Translations under genes and position numbers: made by a program
Notes under the pieces: model-generated
The model's database searches: none
Seen by the model: the letters and a program-made list of their open reading frames with translations, nothing else
Told to the model about the DNA's origin: nothing
In this document: in pieces, positions 55,892 through 64,000 of the stretch
How the letters are laid out: every line of letters begins with the position of its first letter
Numbering within the stretch: position 1 is the stretch's first letter
Assembly: GCA_052033955.1 (NCBI GenBank)
Contig: JBPOJD010000003.1
Span: 23,128 to 87,127, forward strand
Source of the DNA: Candidatus Hydrogenedentota bacterium
GTDB taxonomy: Bacteria > Hydrogenedentota > Hydrogenedentia > Hydrogenedentales > SLHB01
Direction: 5' to 3'
DNA: 64,000 bases

Positions 55892-57724
55892 ATGATCCAG
55901 CCGGTCATTCTGGATTCAGTCGCACGGCCCGACGAGAGCCGTTTCACAGGCTGGCAGCAGCTCATCCTGATCCTGCGCGTGCTGCGCTATGCCCGGCTGG
56001 TGTGGGATAAAGTCCTGCTGCGACTGGTCATCTCGCAGATCAACGCGTTCGTTGCCGCGGCGCCGGCGGTGCTGGGCATCCGCATCATCGACGAGGCCTT
56101 CGCGCAACGCGACATGGGCTTGTTTCTTGAACTGGCGCTCATCGCGGGCGCGGCGCTCATCATGGTCAAACTGCTCGATTTCACCGCCGACGTGATGGCC
56201 ATCTACGGGATTGGCCGCGTGGGCCTGCAATTGCGCACGGATGTCGTCGAGCACATTCTGCACCTGCCGCCGAGCTTCTACGAGTCCCGGCCGGTAGGTG
56301 AGCACATGTACCGTTGTGTATATGACACAAGCGACGTGCAGATGGTCGTCAATGATCTGCTGCCGCGCGCCATCATGAATCTCCAGAAGATGGTGGCCCT
56401 GACCATTGTGCTGGCGTCGATCAAGCTGTGGCTGCTTCCGATCTGCGCCGTGTACCTGGTGCTTTTCTTCCTTGTGAAACACACCATCGCCACGAGGTTG
56501 CGTGTTGTGCTGCGCCGCGAGCGCCGCGCCGCGCAGCGTGTCGACGCGCTCAGCCGGGAGCTGTTCACGGCCTTCAAGCTCGTCAAGGGGTACAACCTCG
56601 AGCGCATGGCGCGCCGCTGGTACTGGGCCCAGATGTCGATCTACGTCCGTCAGGTGTTCCGCCGCAACGCCTGGACGGCGCTGGACATCACCCTCGGTCA
56701 TCCCAGCTTGGGGTTCGGGTTTCCGTTGCTGATCTTTCTGTTGAATCTCATTGCGGGCAGAATGCTCATAGCCGGCGAGATGGGGCTGACCATCGGCGAG
56801 TACACCGCCATCGCGTTGGTGGTCGGTCAGTTGGCCCTGCCCATCCAGGACGCGATCGCGCTGTTCCAGGAAACGCGCCAGCGCCTGGTCCCGGTGGAAC
56901 GTCTCATGGACACGATGGAGATACAGTCGGACATCGTCGATGCGCCGGGCGCCGTGGAACTGAATGCCCCCGCCGGCCACATCGAGGTGCGCAACGTGAC
57001 CTTCGCCTACGGCGACGAGCCGGTGCTGCGCAACGTATCCATCGAAGCGAAGCCGGGCGAGAAGGTCGCCATCGTTGGTCCCATCGGCGCGGGGAAGAGC
57101 ACGCTGCTGCGGCTGCTGTTGCGGCTGGCGGATCCGCAGGACGGCGCCATCTGCATCGACGGCATCGACATTCGCGCGATCGGGCAGCGCAGCCTGCGCC
57201 GGGCCTTCGGCACGGTGCCGCAAGGGGCGATCCTGTTTTCCGAGACGCTCGAGGACAACATTCGGCGCGCGGTCCCGGGAGCGCGGCGCGCGCGGGTCGA
57301 GGATGCCGCGCGCATGGCGCGAGTGGATGAGTTTGTGGACGAGCTGCCCGAGGGGTATGACACCCAGATTCAGGCCGGGACGAATCTTTCCGGCGGCCAG
57401 CGGCAGCGCGTGTGTCTGGCGAGGGCGCTCATCAAGGACGCACCCATGCTGCTGCTTGACGAGGCGACTTCGGCCCTCGACCCTGTTTCCGAGCAGGAGG
57501 TGGTCGCCGCGGTGGATGCCCGGTATGCCGGGCGCACGCGTGTGATTGTTGCCCACAACCTGCTCAACGCGCGCACCGCGGACCGGGTGTATGTGCTCGA
57601 TCAGGGCGAAGTGGTCGAGTCGGGCACGCACGCCGAACTCATGGCCCGGGGGGGCAAGTACTGCGAGTTGTGGGAAAGCGAGCCGCGGCGCGAACCGGAT
57701 GCCGAGCAGGCCAAGACTGTCTAG
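55892..57724 (+). CDS. ABC transporter permease/ATP-binding protein (second half-transporter, probable heterodimer partner)
   Basis: Transmembrane domain, then an NBD with GPIGAGKSTLLRLLLRL (Walker A), LSGGQRQRVCLARAL (signature) and LLLDEATSALD (Walker B). Begins 4 nt after the upstream ABC gene. Confidence 0.85.
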   Translation: MIQPVILDSVARPDESRFTGWQQLILILRVLRYARLVWDKVLLRLVISQINAFVAAAPAVLGIRIIDEAFAQRDMGLFLELALIAGAALIMVKLLDFTADVMAIYGIGRVGLQLRTDVVEHILHLPPSFYESRPVGEHMYRCVYDTSDVQMVVNDLLPRAIMNLQKMVALTIVLASIKLWLLPICAVYLVLFFLVKHTIATRLRVVLRRERRAAQRVDALSRELFTAFKLVKGYNLERMARRWYWAQMSIYVRQVFRRNAWTALDITLGHPSLGFGFPLLIFLLNLIAGRMLIAGEMGLTIGEYTAIALVVGQLALPIQDAIALFQETRQRLVPVERLMDTMEIQSDIVDAPGAVELNAPAGHIEVRNVTFAYGDEPVLRNVSIEAKPGEKVAIVGPIGAGKSTLLRLLLRLADPQDGAICIDGIDIRAIGQRSLRRAFGTVPQGAILFSETLEDNIRRAVPGARRARVEDAARMARVDEFVDELPEGYDTQIQAGTNLSGGQRQRVCLARALIKDAPMLLLDEATSALDPVSEQEVVAAVDARYAGRTRVIVAHNLLNARTADRVYVLDQGEVVESGTHAELMARGGKYCELWESEPRREPDAEQAKTV

Positions 57725-57741
57725 AGGAGACGACGTCCGCC

Positions 57742-58587
57742 ATGACAAGACGTACCGACGAAGAGATGGCCGTGCGGCCCATGGGTTTCCGGCGGTTCTT
57801 CAACCAGCGCTTTGTGCAGGCTGTGGAAGTCTTTGGCTATCTCGTGTGCGCCATGATCGCCCTTGGGCTGGCCTACGCGGTCTGGGCGAAGGTGGATATT
57901 GAGGTGCAGCTTGAGGGCGTTCTCATCGCGCCATCCGCGGCGATCCACGCGCCCGGCGACCTCGCGGTCACGGGGTGGGCCGTGGAGGCGGGCCAGCCGA
58001 CCGAAGCGGGTGCATTGGTGTACGCCTATGTCTCCGACCCTGCGCAGCGCGACACCGCGCGAGCCCGCACGTTGATCGCCGGCGCGATGGAGGCGCTGAA
58101 AGGCAACCATTCGGCCACGCAGGCCGCGGCCGAACACTGTGCGCGGGCGCTGGAAGCACTGCCTGCCGTCGAGGGGGAAGTGCGGGTGACATCGCCCACG
58201 GCGGGGATCGCCGTGCCGTCGCCGTTGGCGGCCCTGGGCGCGACCGTGCCGCAAGACACGGTTGTTGCGCGGGTAGTCGACGTGACGCGGCTCCAACTCG
58301 AGGGCTCGCTGACCGGCAATGCGGCGGCGCAGGTGAAAGAGGGAAATCCGGTCCGTGTCACGGATCCGTTGTCCGGGCAGGATCTGGTGGGCGAGGTGGC
58401 GCGCGTGGAGCGTGAGAACGTGACCGCAAACCTCGTGCTGGCCTTTGCGCAGGTCCCCAAGGAGACGGCCGAGGCCTATGAGCACGACGTGCTGAACCCC
58501 GATCCCGCCTCACCGTCCGCGCGCGTCCGGGCCCGTATCGTGGTGGGCCAGCAGTCGCTGTTCAAGAGTGTGTTTGGCCGCCGCTGA
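57742..58587 (+). CDS. HlyD-family periplasmic adaptor / membrane fusion protein (short form)
   Basis: ATG at 57742 after an AGGAGA Shine-Dalgarno. N-terminal transmembrane anchor (FGYLVCAMIALGLAYAVWA), then a beta-rich region with biotinyl/lipoyl-like hairpin motifs (VEGEVRVTSPTAGIAV...GNPVRVTDPLSGQDLVGEV). Confidence 0.55.
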   Translation: MTRRTDEEMAVRPMGFRRFFNQRFVQAVEVFGYLVCAMIALGLAYAVWAKVDIEVQLEGVLIAPSAAIHAPGDLAVTGWAVEAGQPTEAGALVYAYVSDPAQRDTARARTLIAGAMEALKGNHSATQAAAEHCARALEALPAVEGEVRVTSPTAGIAVPSPLAALGATVPQDTVVARVVDVTRLQLEGSLTGNAAAQVKEGNPVRVTDPLSGQDLVGEVARVERENVTANLVLAFAQVPKETAEAYEHDVLNPDPASPSARVRARIVVGQQSLFKSVFGRR

Positions 58588-58667
58588 CGCCTTCCCGCGC
58601 GTTTGGCGGGGTAGAACACCCCCCCGGACACTCATGGTGACCGGGGGAGCGATGCAGGGCAGGTCCT

Positions 58668-58820
58668 ATGAGACGGGTACCTGCTTGAGGAGGCCCGCAA
58701 GCAGACTGTCAGCGTCCACACACTTCGTGTTGGAGCGGACGATGAGCCAGCCGCAGACCGTATCCTCTTGTGCCTTGGCGGGCATCTTCTCAGACGACAA
58801 CGTGTTCAGATGCTTCATCA
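58668..58820 (-). CDS. Unlisted small ORF (50 aa) with a strong Shine-Dalgarno: MKHLNTLSSEKMPAKAQEDTVCGWLIVRSNTKCVDADSLLAGLLKQVPVS
   Basis: Found by reading the minus strand. GGGAGG lies 6 nt upstream of the ATG at 58820. The ORF lies between the end of the ABC/HlyD operon and the terminator of the downstream beta-helix gene. Two Cys in a CxW...KC context. Absent from the supplied ORF track, presumably because it is under the length cut-off. Confidence 0.3.
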
Positions 58821-58887
58821 CTTGCCTCCCTCTATCGTTGCGGTTTCGACTACCTGTGGGGTTAACCCGCCGCCAGCAGCGGGTATT

Positions 58888-58931
58888 CCCAGAATAAGGA
58901 AGGGGCTGTCCCTCGTGTGAAGGACAGCCCC
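58888..58931 (-). terminator. Intrinsic (Rho-independent) terminator after the 939-aa beta-helix protein gene
   Basis: On the minus strand a perfect 10-bp stem GGGGCTGTCC / GGACAGCCCC with a 10-nt loop is followed by TTCCTTATTCT, about 25 nt downstream of the stop codon at 58957-58959. Confidence 0.55.
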
Positions 58932-58956
58932 GAACGCGCCGTTTCAGGCGGTTTGC

Positions 58957-61620
58957 TCAGTTGGAGCGCAGCTTTCGCGATCGCCTGCTGAACACGGCGA
59001 GGGCCGCGAGCACGAGCGCCACCACGCTCAGGTCGGTCCACGGCGCGCCGTGGCTGCTCCCGGCATGGCAGCCGACCGCAGTGTTGCCATCGCCGCCGCC
59101 GCGGATGAAGGGCGTCACGTTGACCGGTCCGATGATTTTCTTGTTGATCATTCCTCTGGTGTAGACGCCCCAGTCATTGTTCTGGGCCAGCATCTCAATG
59201 CCGGTATTGTTGATGATGAAATTGCCGCCAATATTGCGGAACACATTGTTGCCGCTCTCACCGACCCTCGTGCTTCCCAGGAAAGGCACGGCTGCGGCGG
59301 TACTTTTTTCGAGTGGCGGCTGCACAAAGATCGCATCGCTCCGAATAGCCTCAAAGGTGTTGTCGCGCAGTTCGACTTCCGTGTCAATGGCATGTACGCC
59401 AAAGTGAAGCCGCCGGATCTGGCAGTCTTCAATGAGCGTGTCGAAGGACCCCTCGCCGTCAATCAGCAGACCTATCGAAAACAGATTGTCGTTGCCCACA
59501 AAGTCGACACCGGCGACGTGCATGTTTACATTGTGGATGCGCAAGAGCGTCGTAACGAAGCCGTGGACGCCGGGAAGGCGCACGGTGCAGTCATAGAGAC
59601 CGCCGTTGTCGGCGCCGTACAAGACGAAGCTCTCCGCCCCCATCTGCCCGACGCCACTGATGACCGTGGCGCCCTGTCCGGCGCCCGCCAGCGTCACATC
59701 AGCGCCGAAGACGACGCTTTCCGGGTAGATGCCGGCGCCCACGCTGACGTTCACGGGGCGGGCGCCCAGTCCGTAGATGCCCCCGGCGGTATAGATGCGG
59801 GCGGCCGTCATGGCGCGCGTGATGGTTCTCCATGGACTGTCGGCGGCCCCGAGGTTCTGGTAATCGTCGCCTTGCAGTTTCACAAACCGTTCCTGCGGCG
59901 GATCCGCCGGGTCGGTGGGATCGATATCATAAATCACCTCGTATCCATTGGGCAGTCCGTCGCCATCGGCGTCATCCAAGGCATCATGCATGGTCGGATC
60001 CAGGCCGTAGGCCACCTCGACGCCATCGCGCATGCCGTCGCGGTCCGTGTCCCAACTCAGGGGATCGGTGCCGTACACCATGATCTCGTCGTGATTCGTC
60101 AGTCCGTCGCCATCGTCATCGCGATCGGCATCCTCCGCGTCATAGGGGTTCAGCCCGGCGGCCACCTCCAACAGGTCCGGAATGCCGTCGCCGTCCGTGT
60201 CGTCCTCACCGGTAATGCCGTCGCCGTTTTCGCCCTGCAAGAACTCATAGGCACCCATGTCCGGTGCGGCGCCGCTGGGCTGCCAGATCCCGTTCAACGA
60301 CGGACCCGGTACCCACAGCGCCTCGGCGGCGTCGATGCTCGGCGAGTCTGCGGTCAGGTTGTAGTCGCCGTTGGCGGGGTCCGCGAAGAGCGGGTCGGCG
60401 GTGATGTTGCCCAAGCCGGGCAGGGACGACAGGAGCGCGGAATAGGTGACGGTCCGGGAGGTGGCCGTGATCGGTTCGCGCACAATGCTGTTCTGAACAG
60501 TGACGTTTTTCGCGAGAATGCCGCCGTTCACATTATCCGCCACCGTGCAATGCAGCAACTGCACGGCGCCCGAGTCGGTGGCATGGACGGTCCGTCCTGT
60601 GTTGCCGGTTACCTGACAGTTGGCCATGATCAACGAACCTACATGCAATCCGGTGAGCGTGCCGCTTGCCGTGGACGTGTTGCCAGAAATGATCGTTCGC
60701 TCGATGACGACGGCACTGTTGTACGCCACGGCCCGCGTCGTGTTGTCGAGAAAGACACAGTCCGTGATGCGCAGCGGCGCGAAATTTGTCCTGACCGTCC
60801 CGTTGGTGGACGACGTGCGCTCGAACCGGCTGCCCTGTATCTGGCCACGGCTATGCAATAAATAGACGGCTGTTCCGGTCAGGTCCTCGAACACGCAGTC
60901 GTCGACCAAGAGGTACGCCACCGCGGATGCCTCTATGCCGGCCACTGCGTCTGCGTTAGAACCGTTCCCCCGGAAGGAACATCCACGGAACGTGGCAACC
61001 CGGCTTCTGTCCAGTTGCACCGGCGCACGCCCCGTGAAGTGGTGGAACTCGCAGTTGATGAAGACAGGGGCACAGTTGGCCGAGGCGTCTACAGCCTCGC
61101 TCTCCGGACCACTGCCGCGGAAGCGGCAGTTGCGCACATGCGGGGAGGCTTCACGGATGTAAAGTGCAACATTCCAGCTGTTGCTCGTCGGCCCCGCCCC
61201 CTGGATCGTGAACCCGTCCAGTACGTTGCTTGCGGCCCTGATCACAACCGAGGCAGGGTAGCCCTTGCGGGCCGTGGAACCGTCGATGATGGTCACGTTG
61301 GCGTCCCAGTCGCGTTCTTCGCGCAGCGTCTCGGTCCCCGAGAATCCGCCGTAGAGGTCGACGTTGCTGCGCATGATGAGCGCCCCATCCGGGTCGGTAC
61401 GCAGTTCGTCATAGGTGCCCGCGGCCACCCAGACCTCACTGAACGTGGCCGGGTCGGCCGCGTCGATGGCATCCTGGACCGCGCGGAACGCCGTGGCCCA
61501 CGAGGCCCCGTCCTGCACGCCGGACGTGTTGGCGCGGTCAACGTAGATGACGGCGGCCGGAGCGGACAGGGCGGTCAGTATGGCTGCGCAGACAACACCT
61601 GATAGTACGAGTACACGCAT
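58957..61620 (-). CDS. Secreted right-handed parallel beta-helix repeat protein (887 aa) with TSP3-like Ca-binding motifs and a C-terminal transmembrane helix plus Arg/Lys-rich tail
   Basis: ATG at 61620 after a GGAAAGGA Shine-Dalgarno. Signal peptide MRVLVLSGVVCAAILTALSAPAA. Many NxT/NxS-rich beta-helix rungs. Asp-rich DxDxDGxxD motifs occur mid-protein. The C-terminus reads ...GGGDGNTAVGCHAGSSHGAPWTDLSVVALVLAALAVFSRRSRKLRSN. Confidence 0.8.
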   Translation of the reverse strand: MRVLVLSGVVCAAILTALSAPAAVIYVDRANTSGVQDGASWATAFRAVQDAIDAADPATFSEVWVAAGTYDELRTDPDGALIMRSNVDLYGGFSGTETLREERDWDANVTIIDGSTARKGYPASVVIRAASNVLDGFTIQGAGPTSNSWNVALYIREASPHVRNCRFRGSGPESEAVDASANCAPVFINCEFHHFTGRAPVQLDRSRVATFRGCSFRGNGSNADAVAGIEASAVAYLLVDDCVFEDLTGTAVYLLHSRGQIQGSRFERTSSTNGTVRTNFAPLRITDCVFLDNTTRAVAYNSAVVIERTIISGNTSTASGTLTGLHVGSLIMANCQVTGNTGRTVHATDSGAVQLLHCTVADNVNGGILAKNVTVQNSIVREPITATSRTVTYSALLSSLPGLGNITADPLFADPANGDYNLTADSPSIDAAEALWVPGPSLNGIWQPSGAAPDMGAYEFLQGENGDGITGEDDTDGDGIPDLLEVAAGLNPYDAEDADRDDDGDGLTNHDEIMVYGTDPLSWDTDRDGMRDGVEVAYGLDPTMHDALDDADGDGLPNGYEVIYDIDPTDPADPPQERFVKLQGDDYQNLGAADSPWRTITRAMTAARIYTAGGIYGLGARPVNVSVGAGIYPESVVFGADVTLAGAGQGATVISGVGQMGAESFVLYGADNGGLYDCTVRLPGVHGFVTTLLRIHNVNMHVAGVDFVGNDNLFSIGLLIDGEGSFDTLIEDCQIRRLHFGVHAIDTEVELRDNTFEAIRSDAIFVQPPLEKSTAAAVPFLGSTRVGESGNNVFRNIGGNFIINNTGIEMLAQNNDWGVYTRGMINKKIIGPVNVTPFIRGGGDGNTAVGCHAGSSHGAPWTDLSVVALVLAALAVFSRRSRKLRSN

Positions 61621-61845
61621 TGGGTGGTTTCCTTTCCCCCGTAGAGACCTGCCGTTCCCCGCCCCCATGGCGCTGACGGCAAAGCCGGCACATGAACCTG
61701 CGCCGATTGGACCAGATGGTATCACGCGGGGTTTCAGCCAAGAAAGTTTCGCCGCCGCGGGATGGCCAACGAGCAATAGTCTCGCCGCGGCGGGTTGTTC
61801 ACTACAAGGCCTGACGCCGTCTACCCGTCAGGCTGGGAGGGACAT

Positions 61846-62742
61846 ATGGAACGGCGCCGCTTTGGGGGGACGGACATGGAGGTTTCGGTGCTGGGGTTTG
61901 GCGGGGCGGAGATTGGCTTCGAGGGGGCCGGGCAGTGGGATGTGGACTGTCTGCTTGGAGAGGCACTGGACGCAGGGCTCAACGTGATTGACACGGCCCC
62001 CTGCTACGCCAACAGCGAGGAGCTGATCGGCGAGGCGATTGGCGCCCGTCGCGACAGCTATTACCTTTTCACCAAGTGCGGCCACGTCGGCGAACTGGGC
62101 AAGGAGGATTGGAGCCGCGAATGGATCCTTCAGAGCATCCAGAACAGTCTGCGACGGCTCAAGACGGACCACGTTGACGTGTTGCTGCTGCATAGTTGCA
62201 CGGAGGAGATCTTGCGGCGCGGCGAGGCCATCGAGGCGTTGCAGACGGCCCGCGACAAGGGGTACACCCGGTACATCGGCTATAGCGGCGACCACGCGGC
62301 GGCCGCTTTCGCCATCGAGTGCCGCGCGTTCGATGCCCTGGAGACCTCGGTCAACATCGCTGACCAGATGTGCCTGACCGACACCCTGCCTCAGGCGCGT
62401 GAAAACGGTTTGGGGGTGATCGCCAAGCGGCCGGTCGCCAACGTGGCGTGGAGAACGAAGCACAAGCCCGAAAATCCCTACCACGAGGTCTATTGGGAGC
62501 GCCTGAAGGCGCTGGACTACGATTTCCTCGGGTACGACCTGCAGCAGGCGGTCGCGATCGCCCTGCGCTTTGTTCTGGCCGTTGCGGGGGTTCACACCCT
62601 GATCGTGGGCACGAAGAAGCCGGGCCGGTGGCTGGAGAACGCGTCGTTGGCGGCCGAAGGCCGGCTGTCCGCCGCGGACGTGGCGGCCATTCGGGCGCGG
62701 TGGGATACCGTGGCGGACCCGTCGTGGACTGGCCAGGTCTAG
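61846..62742 (+). CDS. Aldo/keto reductase family oxidoreductase
   Basis: MERRRFGGTDMEVSVLGFGGAEIG...LNVIDTAPCYANSEELIGEAIG ... LLLHSC are AKR signature regions. GGAGGG Shine-Dalgarno before the ATG at 61846. Confidence 0.85.
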   Translation: MERRRFGGTDMEVSVLGFGGAEIGFEGAGQWDVDCLLGEALDAGLNVIDTAPCYANSEELIGEAIGARRDSYYLFTKCGHVGELGKEDWSREWILQSIQNSLRRLKTDHVDVLLLHSCTEEILRRGEAIEALQTARDKGYTRYIGYSGDHAAAAFAIECRAFDALETSVNIADQMCLTDTLPQARENGLGVIAKRPVANVAWRTKHKPENPYHEVYWERLKALDYDFLGYDLQQAVAIALRFVLAVAGVHTLIVGTKKPGRWLENASLAAEGRLSAADVAAIRARWDTVADPSWTGQV

Positions 62743-62818
62743 GGCTTGCCGTCTGGGTCCGTATTCTGTAGAGTAATAAGACATGTTACCGATTGCCTTC
62801 AACATGGGAGAAGCGACG

Positions 62819-63466
62819 ATGAGCGGGTTCAAGAAGTCAGTCCTGGTCTCCTTGCCGTGTGTTCCGGCGGTTGCGGTCCTTCTTGTGTTTGTTGCGAGCG
62901 CGCTGGCACAGCAGCAGCCGGTGGCGGGCGCGGAATATGTCGGCCACCAACAGTGTAAGGTGTGTCACAACAAGCCCTCGACCGGCGCGCAGTGGAGCAA
63001 ATGGAGCGAGATGGGCCATTCCAAGGCCATCGAGGTGCTGAAGACCGACGAGGCCAAACAGGTGGCCGCCGATCTCGGGTTGGAGGTGCCCCCTCATGAG
63101 GCGCCGGACTGCCTGCGGTGCCATGTGACGGCCTACGATGTGGAGACGAAAGCGTTGCCGGCGGCGTTGAAGATGGCCGACAGTGTCCAGTGTGAATCGT
63201 GTCACGGCCCGGCGTCGGTCCATGTCGAGGCCGCCAAGAAGGTCATGTTCAGCAAGGACGCGGGCGATATCGATCTGACGTCGTTTGTGCGCCATGCGGA
63301 CGATGCGACGTGCAGGACCTGTCACAACGAGGAGAGTCCGACCTGGAAGGCCGACCGGTACACCCTCGAGGACGGCACGAAGGCTGGTTTCGATTTCGAA
63401 CAGGCGTGGAAGAAGATTGCCCATCCCAACCCCGAAAAGGCGGCTGGTGCAGCGCCCGGCGCGTAA
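62819..63466 (+). CDS. Tetraheme c-type cytochrome (secreted or periplasmic)
   Basis: Signal peptide, then four CxxCH haem-binding motifs (CKVCH, CLRCH, CESCH, CRTCH). GGGAGAAG Shine-Dalgarno before the ATG at 62819. Confidence 0.75.
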   Translation: MSGFKKSVLVSLPCVPAVAVLLVFVASALAQQQPVAGAEYVGHQQCKVCHNKPSTGAQWSKWSEMGHSKAIEVLKTDEAKQVAADLGLEVPPHEAPDCLRCHVTAYDVETKALPAALKMADSVQCESCHGPASVHVEAAKKVMFSKDAGDIDLTSFVRHADDATCRTCHNEESPTWKADRYTLEDGTKAGFDFEQAWKKIAHPNPEKAAGAAPGA

Positions 63467-63621
63467 CCCGCGCGTCGCGGAGTGGCAGTTGTCTCTGGAG
63501 ATCCGATGATGCGAGGTTCCCTGCTGTGTGAGGTGGGGAACCTTTCTGTTTACCGTGCCGTGACCACACCTGGTCATGTGACCGAATCCGCGCGGATACC
63601 CGCAGGAGGCTGGCTGTCGCG

Positions 63622-64000
63622 ATGGGTCACGATGCGGCCCAATCCGGAACTACCGACAAGGAAGACGTTGTGCCAAGTCCAGTAACCCGTGTTGCAGTGG
63701 GATTGTACCGCTTCTTCAGCTCGTACAGCCTGGCGTCTGTGCTCTTCCTGTTCCTGTTGCTGCTCACGTACCTGGGCACCGTGGAGCAGGTCAACCACGG
63801 CCTGTACCTGACCCAGAAGAAGTACTTCGAATCGCTCTTCGTCGTGCATCCGTTGTTCAACGCCATCCCGATCGTGCTTCCGGGGGTCTACCTCCTGTTG
63901 ATTCTGCTCAGCATCAACATCTTTCTCGGCGGCATCGTGCGGTTGCGCAAGAGCTGGACGCAGGTGGGCGTGTTCATTTCGCACGGCGGCATTCTGCTGC
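63622..64000 (+). CDS. ResB/Ccs1-like cytochrome c biogenesis membrane protein, N-terminal part (continues past the window)
   Basis: Open frame to the window end. Hydrophobic start ...SLASVLFLFLLLLTYLGTVEQ... resembles the ResB N-terminus. It directly follows a multihaem cytochrome gene. Start codon uncertain (ATG 63622, or GTG 63670 or 63697). Confidence 0.45.
   Translation, partial: MGHDAAQSGTTDKEDVVPSPVTRVAVGLYRFFSSYSLASVLFLFLLLLTYLGTVEQVNHGLYLTQKKYFESLFVVHPLFNAIPIVLPGVYLLLILLSINIFLGGIVRLRKSWTQVGVFISHGGILL

Noticed and set aside
1-64000. Searched for tRNA/rRNA genes, IS elements, integrases, phage genes and CRISPR-Cas
   Set aside because: No cloverleaf-like or rRNA-like segments, transposase or integrase motifs, or terminal inverted repeats were recognised. 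Intergenic regions are short, apart from those discussed.

Overview
This is high-GC (about two-thirds G+C) bacterial chromosomal DNA, dense with surface-polysaccharide genes. The window begins with the 3' end of a pyruvate dehydrogenase operon: aceE (5'-partial), aceF and lpdA. After that there are two separate Wzx/Wzy-type exopolysaccharide (EPS) loci. Locus A (about 4.5-19.6 kb) holds a GDP-mannose 6-dehydrogenase (AlgD-like), a Wzz-like chain-length determinant, a heparinase II/III-like protein, glycosyltransferases, a FkbM methyltransferase, a Wzx flippase, a Wzy polymerase and an asparagine-synthase-family amidotransferase. Locus B (about 29.5-49.3 kb) lies entirely on the minus strand. 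Its gene set matches exosortase (PEP-CTERM)-associated EPS cassettes. It has a Wza-like exporter, a chain-length determinant, an ExeA-like AAA ATPase, a BY-kinase-like protein with a degenerate Walker A motif, a polyprenyl-phosphate sugar transferase, a FemAB-family protein and a NodB-type polysaccharide deacetylase. Upstream sits an NtrC-family sigma-54-dependent response regulator, and the wza operon has a good -24/-12 promoter match. Locus B also carries a complete WbpA/WbpB/WbpE/WbpD-like set for a UDP-2,3-diacetamido-2,3-dideoxy-uronic acid, a second Wzx/Wzy pair, GT2 and GT4 enzymes, and three degenerate GGDEF-like domains. Between the loci are two giant secreted proteins of 1377 and 1477 aa, built from internally duplicated catalytic-like modules, Ig-like DUF5011 repeats, calcium-binding TSP3-like motifs and a eukaryote-like Ig domain. 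Downstream come further beta-helix paralogs, two of which end in a transmembrane helix plus an Arg-rich tail that resembles a sorting signal without a PEP motif. They are followed by a PHP-type (CehA/McbA-like) metallohydrolase, a heterodimeric ABC exporter with a HlyD-like adaptor, an unlisted 50-aa Cys-containing ORF with a strong Shine-Dalgarno, an aldo-keto reductase, a tetraheme cytochrome c and the start of a ResB-like protein. No rRNA, tRNA, CRISPR or mobile elements were recognised. The window contains neither an exosortase gene nor a cognate histidine kinase for the regulator. Many long ORFs in the six-frame track are antisense shadow ORFs typical of high-GC DNA.
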